From Armatimonadota bacterium (lineage in GTDB: Bacteria > Armatimonadota > UBA5829 > DSUL01): a DNA stretch of 64,000 bases. A program made the position numbers and the translations under genes. Shown here piece after piece: positions 10,238 through 20,173 of the stretch. The notes under the pieces were generated by a model. The model saw only the letters and a list, made by a program, of their open reading frames with translations, had not been told where the DNA came from and searched no databases. Within the stretch, counting starts at the first letter, position 1; every line of letters begins with the position of its first letter. Where the stretch lies: the NCBI GenBank assembly GCA_039811685.1, contig JBDHZC010000002.1, positions 544,001-608,000 on the forward strand, written 5' to 3'.

Positions 10238-10657
10238 CTAGCCACGTACAGGCTGCCCGGCTGCAGTCAGACGGGCTGCTGCCCGGAGCATCGCGAGCCG
10301 GGCACGCTCAACATCCAGTCCCGGGGCGCTGGAAGCCAGACGCTCACTCGCGCGCTTGTAAGCGCTTCGCGCGCGCTCAACGTCTATCTCATCGGGTCGC
10401 TCAGCCGTATCAGCCAGCACGGTGACATGGTTGTTGGACACCTCCGCAAAGCCGCCCGACACCGCCATAATCTCTTCCAGGCCGCTTGCGTGTGTAACTC
10501 TTAGCTCACCGGGCATCAACTCGGCTATGAGCGGTGCGTGAAAGGCCATAAGACCGAAATACCCCTCTGAACCAGGGGCCATCAGCGAGACAGCATCGTT
10601 GACACTGGTCAGGAGCCTGTTGGGTGTTACGATATCCAGTTTGAAGCTTGCCGCCAA
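10238..10657 (-). CDS. atpC: ATP synthase F1 epsilon
   Basis: DIVTP, HAPLI, VSGGFAEV, VLADTAE; operon position. Confidence 0.97.
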   Translation of the reverse strand: MAASFKLDIVTPNRLLTSVNDAVSLMAPGSEGYFGLMAFHAPLIAELMPGELRVTHASGLEEIMAVSGGFAEVSNNHVTVLADTAERPDEIDVERARSAYKRASERLASSAPGLDVERARLAMLRAAARLTAAGQPVRG

Positions 10658-10663
10658 TGCCGT

Positions 10664-12076
<1,413 letters not shown>

Positions 12077-12130
12077 TCAGGTTCTCCAGAAAATACAGCG
12101 TGTTTCTTAAGCGAAAAATAAAGCGCCAGC

Positions 12131-12991
12131 CTATTTCAGCGCTTCGGCCGTCCCAACAATTTCGGAAATCTCCGTGGTAATCGCCGCCTGCCGCGCACGG
12201 TTGAGTGACAGTGTAAGACGGTCGATCATCTCGTTAGCGTTATTGGTTGCGCTGTTCATAGCCGTCATGCGCGCGCCCTGTTCACTGGTGACGGATTCCA
12301 GCACAGCCCGGAACAGTTGCGTATCTACATAGCGCGACAGCAGACTCCCCAGCAGCTCTTCGGGCGCCGGCTCAAACAGGTACTCTGTCGCGGACCCATT
12401 GTTGTCGTCATTCGAAGGCGGCTCAACGGGAAGCAGCCGCTGAACGAGCGTGTGCTGGGAGATGGCGCTGCGAAACTCCGTGTAGATGACATACACTGCG
12501 TCCACTTCGCCAAGCGTGTACATTTTCTGCGCCATTTGAGACAGCGGGCGGATGTCCACAAACTGCACATCCGTACCCGGCAACTCTCGCGCGCCTTCCA
12601 GCAGCGGTCCGAGACGTTTGATGGAGGCCGCGCCCTTCTTGCCAAGTACAAACAAACGGGGATTCTGATGCTGATGCTCGGTCAGAAAGCGCTGCGTGAT
12701 GCGGACTATATTCGTGTGATAGCTCCCTGCAAGCCCGCGATCCGCCCCAATAACGATCAGCGCAATACGCTTTTCAGGCCGCACTTCCATCAAAGGGTGG
12801 TGCAACTCTGTCGCGGACGCCGACAGATGCGCGATAATCTCCTGAATCTTGTCCGCAAACGGTCGCGCCGCGTGAACCCGGGACTGCGCCTTTTGCAGGC
12901 GAGCCGAGGCCACCAGCTTCATCGCCTGTGTGATCTGCTGGATGTTCTTGACCGTCTTGATGCGACGCCGAATGTCCTTTGCGCTGGCCAT
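12131..12991 (-). CDS. atpG: ATP synthase F1 gamma
   Basis: QITQAMKLVA, SEQGARMTAM, RARQAAITTEISEI. Confidence 0.98.
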   Translation of the reverse strand: MASAKDIRRRIKTVKNIQQITQAMKLVASARLQKAQSRVHAARPFADKIQEIIAHLSASATELHHPLMEVRPEKRIALIVIGADRGLAGSYHTNIVRITQRFLTEHQHQNPRLFVLGKKGAASIKRLGPLLEGARELPGTDVQFVDIRPLSQMAQKMYTLGEVDAVYVIYTEFRSAISQHTLVQRLLPVEPPSNDDNNGSATEYLFEPAPEELLGSLLSRYVDTQLFRAVLESVTSEQGARMTAMNSATNNANEMIDRLTLSLNRARQAAITTEISEIVGTAEALK

Positions 12992-12997
12992 AGAGCT

Positions 12998-14527
12998 CTA
13001 AGCGGCCGCCTCCGACGCCTTGAACGTCCTGGCAAACTCTTCGATTGCGCTCTTGAGCTTCGTCTCCAGCTCTTCGCTCAGCTTGCCTGTCTGCTCAATC
13101 TCGCGTTCAAGGTCCTGATAGCCCATCTCCAGATGCTGCAGAAACTCCGTTTCAAAGCGGCGGCAGTCCGTCACCGGAATGTGGTCCAGGTATCCATTGG
13201 TCACGGCGTAAATGACAGCGATCTGCTTTGGAACAGACATCGGGGAATACTGAGGCTGCTTGAGGATTTCAACAATTCGGTTTCCGCGAGCCAGCTCCTG
13301 CTGCGTCACTTTGTCCAGGTCACTGGCGAACTGGGCAAAGGCCTGCAGCTCCCAGTAGCGCGCGAGGTTCAGCTTCAGGCGGCCTGCGATCTTCTTCATC
13401 GCCGGGACCTGAGCGCTGGAGCCAACGCGGGACACAGAAATACCGACGGAGATCGCCGGGCGGATACCGGAGTAGAACAGGTCGCTCTCCAGGTAAATCT
13501 GCCCGTCCGTGATGGAGATGACGTTAGTAGGAATGTAAGCCGAGACGTCACCAGCCTGCGTTTCGATAACCGGTAGCGCTGTCAACGACCCTCCGCCGCG
13601 GGCTTCGGAGAGCTTTGCGGCCCGCTCCAGCAGGCGAGAGTGCAGATAAAAGACGTCACCCGGATAGGCCTCGCGGCCAGGCGGACGGCGCAGAAGCAAA
13701 GAGACCTGCCGGTACGCCTGCGCATGCTTGGAGAGATCGTCATACACAATCAGCGCATGCTCGCCGCGGTCGCGGAAGTACTCCGCCATCGAAGCCCCCG
13801 CGTACGGGGCGATAAACTGAAGAGGCGCCGGGTCGCTGGCAGTAGCTGAGACGATTGTCGTGTACTCCATCGCACCCGCGCGCTCCAGAATGTTGGCTAT
13901 GTTAGCGACGGTCGAGAGCTTCTGACCAATCGCCACATAGAAGCACTTCACTCCCGTGCCCTTCTGGTTGATGATGGTGTCAATGGCGATAGCTGTCTTA
14001 CCGGTCTGGCGGTCACCGATAATGAGCTCGCGCTGCCCGCGCCCGATGGGGATCATCGAGTCAACGGCCTTGAGGCCGGTCTGCAGAGGCTCTCTGACCG
14101 ACTGGCGGTCCACAACGCCTGGCGCTACTGTCTCCACCGGCCGGCGCTCATCCGTAATAATAGGCCCCTTGCCGTCCAGCGGCTCACCCAGGGCGCTCAC
14201 CACCCGGCCAGCCACAGCGGCGCCGACAGGAACGTCGATAATACGGCCGGTCCGGCGCACCTGGTCGCCCTCTTTAATCTCTACGTCCGAGCCCAGAATA
14301 ACGCAACCGACGTTGTCTTCTTCCAGGTTGAGTACCATCCCCATAACGCCACCCGGGAACTCTATGAGCTCCGAGGCCATAGCGTCGGAAAGGCCGTAGA
14401 TGCGTGCAATGCCGTCACCAACCTGCAAGATTGTGCCGACACCGACCTCGTCCAGGCCTTTCTCGTAATTTGCAATCTCCGCCGAGAGAATGGATGTGAC
14501 TTCCTCGGGCCTAATGCTAGAGGGCAT
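12998..14527 (-). CDS. atpA: ATP synthase F1 alpha
   Basis: [30 protein letters not shown]. Confidence 0.99.
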   Translation of the reverse strand: MPSSIRPEEVTSILSAEIANYEKGLDEVGVGTILQVGDGIARIYGLSDAMASELIEFPGGVMGMVLNLEEDNVGCVILGSDVEIKEGDQVRRTGRIIDVPVGAAVAGRVVSALGEPLDGKGPIITDERRPVETVAPGVVDRQSVREPLQTGLKAVDSMIPIGRGQRELIIGDRQTGKTAIAIDTIINQKGTGVKCFYVAIGQKLSTVANIANILERAGAMEYTTIVSATASDPAPLQFIAPYAGASMAEYFRDRGEHALIVYDDLSKHAQAYRQVSLLLRRPPGREAYPGDVFYLHSRLLERAAKLSEARGGGSLTALPVIETQAGDVSAYIPTNVISITDGQIYLESDLFYSGIRPAISVGISVSRVGSSAQVPAMKKIAGRLKLNLARYWELQAFAQFASDLDKVTQQELARGNRIVEILKQPQYSPMSVPKQIAVIYAVTNGYLDHIPVTDCRRFETEFLQHLEMGYQDLEREIEQTGKLSEELETKLKSAIEEFARTFKASEAAA

Positions 14528-14599
14528 ATTCTCGTGTTACTCCATCAACTCCATCAACTAAGCCTGCGCCACACACTCTGTGACGCCGGGCGCAGCAAC

Positions 14600-15145
14600 T
14601 TACGCTGCCGCCATCGTCTCCTTCAGCCGCGCAATCTGCGCGCGTACAGACCCATCAATCAACGTGTCACCAACACGGATTACTACACCACCGATGACCG
14701 ATGGGTCCACCGTCGGCTCCAGCTCAACCTGCTTGCCTGTCATGCGCCCGAGAGCCGCGCGCATTTCCTGCAGCTCTTCTTCGGTGAGCGCAACGGCCGA
14801 AACTACCTCAGCCCTCACAATATTGCTGCGCTCATCGGCGATTTTCCGAAAAGCCGTGTCAATTGACTCGACAACGTCTTCCCGTCGCTTGTCCACAAGA
14901 AGATTCAGAAAATCAAGGGTCAGCGCGCTGACGTGAGGCTCAAAGAGCTTTTTCAGAATGCGCTTCTTGGTGGCATCGGGAGTCACGCCTCGCAGCAGGA
15001 CTGTCCTGAGCTCTTCGCTGTGCTGGACCGTGCTGCGAACCAGCGTCAGCTCTGCGGCAACCTGCTCAACGATGTCCCCGCGCTGGGCGGCCGTAAAAAG
15101 AGCGGCGGCGTACACTCGAACGACGTGCTTGGCTGTGGCCGCCAT
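14600..15145 (-). CDS. atpH: ATP synthase F1 delta
   Basis: YAAALF..., DPSVIGGVVIRVGDTLIDGSV. Confidence 0.96.
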   Translation of the reverse strand: MAATAKHVVRVYAAALFTAAQRGDIVEQVAAELTLVRSTVQHSEELRTVLLRGVTPDATKKRILKKLFEPHVSALTLDFLNLLVDKRREDVVESIDTAFRKIADERSNIVRAEVVSAVALTEEELQEMRAALGRMTGKQVELEPTVDPSVIGGVVIRVGDTLIDGSVRAQIARLKETMAAA

Positions 15146-15654
15146 CAGTTCTTCGACGCCTCCAGCTCATCCAGAGCGCTCTTGATGAGGGCGCGATGCC
15201 GGGAGTCGTCCAGGGATTCTCCGACTATTTTCGAGGAAGCCTGCGCGACCAGATCCGCCACATGCTCGCGAATAGACTGCAGAGCCTTGTCCCGCTCTCG
15301 CTCAATATCCGCAACACCGCGCTCTTTCACCTGCTCAGCGTGCGCTCGCGCCTCCGCCAGAATCTCATCCTTCATGCGGTTGGCGCTTGCCGTAGCCTCC
15401 TGAATCTTCGCGCGGCCTTCAGCCTCGATCTCTGTCAGGCGGGAATCCAGCTCTGTCTGAAGCTGCTGAACTTTTGCGGTTTCGTCCGCGATGCGCTGGT
15501 AGCTGCTCTCTATGTCGGAGCGCCGCTGCGCGAGAATTCCCGACACGGGTCCGATCATGTACTTCTTCAGCAGAAGATACAGCAGAAGGAATGAGATGAT
15601 GTTTGTGACAATGACCGCCTGGTCAATGCCCAACGTATGAAACAGTGACTCCAA
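15145..15654 (-). CDS. atpF: ATP synthase Fo subunit b
   Basis: N-terminal TM followed by a long coiled coil; operon position. Confidence 0.94.
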   Translation of the reverse strand: MESLFHTLGIDQAVIVTNIISFLLLYLLLKKYMIGPVSGILAQRRSDIESSYQRIADETAKVQQLQTELDSRLTEIEAEGRAKIQEATASANRMKDEILAEARAHAEQVKERGVADIERERDKALQSIREHVADLVAQASSKIVGESLDDSRHRALIKSALDELEASKN

Positions 15655-15707
15655 ACCTATCTCCTCAGAATATCAGCCTACCAGCGCATCCGGACGTTAT
15701 ACTTGTA

Positions 15708-15977
15708 TCAGCCGCCGCCGAGCTTGGCGAGCACCGCATCCGTCGCAGGAAGCTTTCCCTGCAACAGGAAGAACACGAGCAGCGCATAAATGACGAGCGA
15801 CTCGACAAATGCAAGCGCGATAATCATCGCGATCTGGATCCTGCCGGACGCTTCCGGCTGCCGGGCGATGCCAGCCATAGCCTGACCGCCGATAATGCCC
15901 TGACCGATGCTAGCGGAAAGAACCGCTACGGACACGGCAAAGCCAACAGCAATCGCTAAACACGCAAAATATACCAT
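15708..15977 (-). CDS. atpE: ATP synthase Fo subunit c
   Basis: GQG..IARQPEA..FVESLVIY; ATG at 15977 preceded by GGAGAAGG. Confidence 0.97.
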   Translation of the reverse strand: MVYFACLAIAVGFAVSVAVLSASIGQGIIGGQAMAGIARQPEASGRIQIAMIIALAFVESLVIYALLVFFLLQGKLPATDAVLAKLGGG

Positions 15978-16226
15978 TCGACCTTCTCCGATTTTAGTGT
16001 GACTGCCGGAGTGCGCAAAGCGCCGAATCCGGCCCGACTGCTCCGGCACACCCTCTGACCCGCAAGGCCCGGCTTTTTCAGCCGGGCGCTAACACAGGCA
16101 CAAATGTCATTGTGCTGGAGCGCTCTGGCGAGAAGTCTGACTTCCGCGGTCTTTGGGAAGCCGCCCCAAAGCAGACTCACCCGCCAATTCTAAAAAACTG
16201 GAAACTCAGACGGCTTTCACCGATCC

Positions 16227-17111
16227 CTACGCCGCGCCACTCCACTGTGCGCTGGTTTCGTGAGCTTCTCCAGATGAATGTTCGTCGTGGTCCTCGTGCG
16301 CGGTCATCAGGACTATGTAAGCGGCTACGAGGATGGCAAATACCAGCGCCTGCACAACAGACGTGAACAGGCCAAACACGAACATCGGAAACTGTATCGG
16401 CAACAACTTATAGACGCCTATGGCAAGCGGCCCAAGCAGAGCCAACTGCAGGACAACTGTTTCTTCGCCAAAGACGTTCCCAAAAAGACGGATAGAGAGC
16501 GACAGCGGTTTGGCGATTTCACCAATCACATGAAGAATGAACATCAGCGGGGCCAGCCACAGCGGCTCCCCAAGAAAGTGCTTTACATAGCCCAGAAAGC
16601 CGTTTTCCCGAATTCCCTGAATCTGCACATAGATGATGGCCACTAAAGACAGCGCCACAGTCATGTTCAGCGTGGAGGTCGCCGGCTTCATGAACGGAAT
16701 CAGCCCCATCAGATTCATCACAAGAATATAAAGGAAGAATGTAACGAGGATGGGGACGTGGCGCTTGCCTTCCGGGCCCAGCACATCCAGAAAGAACTGC
16801 TCCAGACCGCCCACAACCATCTCCAGAAAGTTCTGAAGCTGGCCCGGAACCTGCTGCAGCCGACGAGTCCCAAGCGCCCCCAACAAAACGAGAAAGACGA
16901 TAGCGATCCACGACATCGCTACGTAAAGCCACGGACTGCCATGAACCAGCGATTCACCCTGATCGCCGCCGTGAGAGGCTTCCTCCGCCATGACCCTCAC
17001 AGCAAGGAAGAGCACAGAAAACGCAACTCCAACAAGCGCCAGAAGTTGACGGACGACTCTTCTCTGAACAGTTGCAAGAGGCAGCGCGCCACTTTGTAGC
17101 TGTCTTTTCAA
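16227..17111 (-). CDS. atpB: ATP synthase Fo subunit a
   Basis: PGQLQNFLE, SLSIRLFGN (catalytic Arg), VQALVF. Confidence 0.97.
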   Translation of the reverse strand: MKRQLQSGALPLATVQRRVVRQLLALVGVAFSVLFLAVRVMAEEASHGGDQGESLVHGSPWLYVAMSWIAIVFLVLLGALGTRRLQQVPGQLQNFLEMVVGGLEQFFLDVLGPEGKRHVPILVTFFLYILVMNLMGLIPFMKPATSTLNMTVALSLVAIIYVQIQGIRENGFLGYVKHFLGEPLWLAPLMFILHVIGEIAKPLSLSIRLFGNVFGEETVVLQLALLGPLAIGVYKLLPIQFPMFVFGLFTSVVQALVFAILVAAYIVLMTAHEDHDEHSSGEAHETSAQWSGAA

Positions 17112-17519
17112 CTAAGAACTCTTCTCCTGAAACCGCTCACTCGCCGCATTTCTGTAAATGGAAACGACAAGGGAAATCTGTGCCGCTACCACACCGGCGA
17201 TGAACGCCCACACAACGAACCCGCGCCACTTCACAAGCCCGCCTATCAGGACCATCATCAGAAGGACTCTGGACAAAAGCAGCAGACCGCGAACAAATCT
17301 TCCCCCTGCCGGATTTGCGCCCTGCGCCATAGTCAGACCCATACGGACATAGGCGTTACACGAAAAAGTCAGCAGGACCAGCGACACAGAACCCACCAGA
17401 GCGCCGGTTATCTCGCTCAGCGCGGCCTGCCCCAGACCCGCCATCACAAGCCCGACAGCGATGAAAGCCTGGCCCGTCAACAAAACGCGCCAATAGGTTG
17501 ACAAGTCAAAACGTCGCAT
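17112..17519 (-). CDS. atpI: ATP synthase protein I-like membrane protein
   Basis: Four TM helices, directly upstream of atpB. Confidence 0.7.
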   Translation of the reverse strand: MRRFDLSTYWRVLLTGQAFIAVGLVMAGLGQAALSEITGALVGSVSLVLLTFSCNAYVRMGLTMAQGANPAGGRFVRGLLLLSRVLLMMVLIGGLVKWRGFVVWAFIAGVVAAQISLVVSIYRNAASERFQEKSS

Positions 17520-17525
17520 GGGTTT

Positions 17526-17816
17526 TTATTTGGACAGGCGAATAACGAGCTTGATGACTTCATAGAAGCCTGCCGCCACCCCCAGAATCAGGAAGATGAT
17601 TGTTGCCCAGGGGTAGGAATGCAGCTTGCCGTCAATCCAGTCGCCAATAGCAAATCCGATAAGCGGACTGATAACGAGCACCCAACCGATTGTGCTGGCC
17701 TGCCCCGCCCTTACCATCCACTTGTAATCTCGCTGGGGCCGCTTTGTGCCCGGGTCGTCGTCGCCCTGTACCATAGGATCCGGGTTCCTTTGCCGTTGCC
17801 CGGCTGCGCCCACCAC
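17526..17816 (-). CDS. atpZ: AtpZ/AtpI family (ATPase gene 1) protein
   Basis: IG..IG.WID......P....IFLILGVAAGF pattern; first gene of the atp operon. Confidence 0.8.
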   Translation of the reverse strand: MVGAAGQRQRNPDPMVQGDDDPGTKRPQRDYKWMVRAGQASTIGWVLVISPLIGFAIGDWIDGKLHSYPWATIIFLILGVAAGFYEVIKLVIRLSK

Positions 17817-17835
17817 GAGCGGCGCGTAACGACGG

Positions 17836-17844
17836 AGTATAACA
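17836..17844 (-). promoter_or_regulatory. Putative extended -10 promoter of the atp operon
   Basis: Minus strand TGTTATACT about 20 nt upstream of atpZ. Confidence 0.45.
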
Positions 17845-18204
17845 TGTGGGAGAGGCTATTCGCCAAGTGTTATAGCTCTATTTGTGAAAAACTTCTCAGA
17901 TTTTTCCTTGCCTCATTTTTCATCCAGCCGATGGTTGCCAGCCGCACAACCAGAACGGCCGTGGACAACGCGAGGGAGCGGCAGGATTGACGCAGGTCTC
18001 TCCGAGCGCGTAAACTCAATCTTGGACAGTGTGCGGGCGTCCGGAAGCGCGTTACGAAAAATTTCTGATTTTTTCTGCGCAGCCCCTAAAGAGCGCGCTT
18101 CTATACGCCAACAATAAGAATACAAGCAGTTATAAGCGCCTTGACGAGAAGCTCAAGACTCAACCTGAGAGAGTTTCACAGACAGGCTAACATAGAGTTA
18201 CTAG

Positions 18205-18322
18205 AGATCTGATAAGGGCAAACTCTTCGAAAGAAGGGGACGCAAAGCCAAGGGTCTACCCCGCTCCGCCAGAGACCGTCTGGAGAATTGGAGATGGCAG
18301 GACAGCCTGGCTGCCGAGTTCC
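18205..18322 (+). ncRNA. Cyclic-di-GMP-I (GEMM) riboswitch
   Basis: AAGGGCAAAC-TCTTC-GAAA-GAAGGG-GACGCAAAGCC-AAGGGTCTA...GACAGCC-TGGCTGCCGA matches the class I consensus; G at the position equivalent to G20. Confidence 0.9.
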
Positions 18323-18442
18323 CGGCCTTGTACTTCTGGATCGCCGCAGGCGCTCCGAAGTCGCATGCGAAGAGCTTGCCTTTTCGCGTTTGTGGTGGCC
18401 GGGAGACTCCAGAGGTTCAGATGGAAGAGGGAGTATCCAGTC

Positions 18443-18739
18443 ATGAAGATCACTGAAATGGAATCGGGAAAAGCCGGCGGACCACAGCAGGACCCAGCCA
18501 GCAGCATTCTGCCGGAGGAGTTTCGCGCCAACCTCCATCAGCCCAAAGCTCGCAGGGCGAAGACATCGCGGGAAGAGGCGATTGAAGTGGCGATGAAGGC
18601 GATGGAAGAGGTTCCGGACGTTCGCGAAGACGTTGTCGCCGATCTGAAGGCCAGAATTGAAAGCGGGCAGTACAAGGTGGCCGGTGAAGACGTTGCGGAC
18701 ATGATGATCCGGCGGATGAAAGCAGACCGCATCCGCTGA
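18443..18739 (+). CDS. flgM: Anti-sigma-28 factor FlgM
   Basis: C-terminal VPDVREDVVADLKARIESGQYKV..EDVADMM; SD GAGGGAG before ATG at 18443. Confidence 0.85.
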   Translation: MKITEMESGKAGGPQQDPASSILPEEFRANLHQPKARRAKTSREEAIEVAMKAMEEVPDVREDVVADLKARIESGQYKVAGEDVADMMIRRMKADRIR

Positions 18740-18767
18740 GCGTTGCACAGATTAACACAAACCAGCG

Positions 18768-18800
18768 AAGAGCTGTCTCATTCGAGGCGGCTCTTTTTTT
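18768..18800 (+). terminator. Intrinsic terminator after flgM
   Basis: AAGAGCTGTCTC-ATTC-GAGGCGGCTCTT followed by a T-tract. Confidence 0.85.
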
Positions 18801-18909
18801 ATAAGTCCGTTACTGCAGTCTCGGTACGGGCTGGCGTCTTGAGTGGCTACAAAAGTACTATAGCTTGCCGTAGAGAAAATCAGTAATGCTGATGTCAGGA
18901 GGAACATTC

Positions 18910-19260
18910 ATGTACGCAACTGCCAAAGAGTTCTACGACAACCGCAAAGCCAACAGCATGAAGATTCGAGACAATGCGCCGCAAGCTGCAAAGGGCTTTG
19001 CCCAGATGGACCAACTGCTGATGGCCGAGGGCGCCATCTCCGCAAAAGTCAAGGAGTTGATTGCGCTCGGAATCGCGATCGCTGACCACTGCGTTCCCTG
19101 CCTTCGGGCGCACGTCTCAGGGTGCATGGAAGAGGGCGCGACGCGAGAAGAGATCATTGAGGCTGCACAGGTTGCGGTGGTGATGGGTGGCGGGCCGGCG
19201 TTGATTCATCTGCCCATGGTGATAGAGGCGCTGGATGAGTTGGAGAGCCGCACAGGCTGA
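18910..19260 (+). CDS. Carboxymuconolactone decarboxylase / AhpD family protein
   Basis: KELIALGIAIADHCVPCLRAH, GATREEIIEA, MGGGP; SD AGGAGG. Confidence 0.9.
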   Translation: MYATAKEFYDNRKANSMKIRDNAPQAAKGFAQMDQLLMAEGAISAKVKELIALGIAIADHCVPCLRAHVSGCMEEGATREEIIEAAQVAVVMGGGPALIHLPMVIEALDELESRTG

Positions 19261-19301
19261 CTTTCTGGCGGGTGCGGGTTCAATCGGCTAAGATTGGCGC
19301 G

Positions 19302-20117
19302 ATGAACACCGTCACTGTCAGCGAAAACGTATCATTTGGCTCCGGACGCCTGGCGCTGATTGCCGGGCCATGCGTCATCGAAGACCTGGACCTGTGCCTC
19401 AGTGTTGCCGGACGCGCCAAGGACATTTGTGAGCGTCTGGGGATAGGCTACGTCTTCAAAGCCAGTTTCGACAAAGCCAACCGCACGTCCGTGGACTCCT
19501 ACCGCGGGCCGGGTCTGGCGCGCGGGTTGGAGATTCTGGCAAAGGTCAAGAACGACGTTGACGTTCCGCTGCTGACAGACGTTCACGAGACCTGGCAGGT
19601 TGAACCCGCCGCTGAGGTGGTGGACATCCTGCAGATTCCCGCGTTTCTGTGCCGCCAGACGGATCTTCTGCTGGCGTGCGGGCAGAGTGAGCGCGTTGTG
19701 AATGTGAAGAAGGGGCAGTTTGTAGCCCCTCACGACATGGTCAACGCGGTGCGCAAGATTGAGAGCACGGGAAACCAGCGCATCCTGCTGAGTGAGCGCG
19801 GCGCGAGCTTTGGCTACAACACGCTTATTGCGGATATGACCAGCATCCCTGTCATGCAGGAGACGGGCTATCCGGTTGTCTTTGACGCTACACACAGCGT
19901 GCAGCGTCCGGGAGGACAGGGAACGTCTTCAGGAGGCAACCGGCAGTTTATTCCGGCGCTCACCAGAGCCGCAATGGCGGCGGGAGCGGACGCCCTGTTC
20001 ATCGAGACCCATCCTAATCCCGAAGCGGCGCTGTCAGATGCGGCGTCACAGCTTCCACTGGATGAGCTGGAAGCGCTGCTTGAAAGTGCGCTGCGCGTGT
20101 TCGAAGCTGTCCGCTGA
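19302..20117 (+). CDS. kdsA: KDO-8-phosphate synthase
   Basis: AGPCVIE, KASFDKANRTS, QIPAFLCRQTDLL, DATHSVQ. Confidence 0.97.
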   Translation: MNTVTVSENVSFGSGRLALIAGPCVIEDLDLCLSVAGRAKDICERLGIGYVFKASFDKANRTSVDSYRGPGLARGLEILAKVKNDVDVPLLTDVHETWQVEPAAEVVDILQIPAFLCRQTDLLLACGQSERVVNVKKGQFVAPHDMVNAVRKIESTGNQRILLSERGASFGYNTLIADMTSIPVMQETGYPVVFDATHSVQRPGGQGTSSGGNRQFIPALTRAAMAAGADALFIETHPNPEAALSDAASQLPLDELEALLESALRVFEAVR

Positions 20118-20173
20118 CGGAAGAGGCCGCGGGCACAACCCGTCGTACCTGATCCCTTGACCCTAAACCCTGA

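Noticed and set aside
14540..14557. CTCCATCAA duplicated before atpA
   Set aside because: A trivial 9-bp duplication around the SD with no further structure.
18087..18114. Sigma28 promoter for flgM (TAAA-N16-GCCAACAA)
   Set aside because: Two mismatches in the -10 box; too weak to call.
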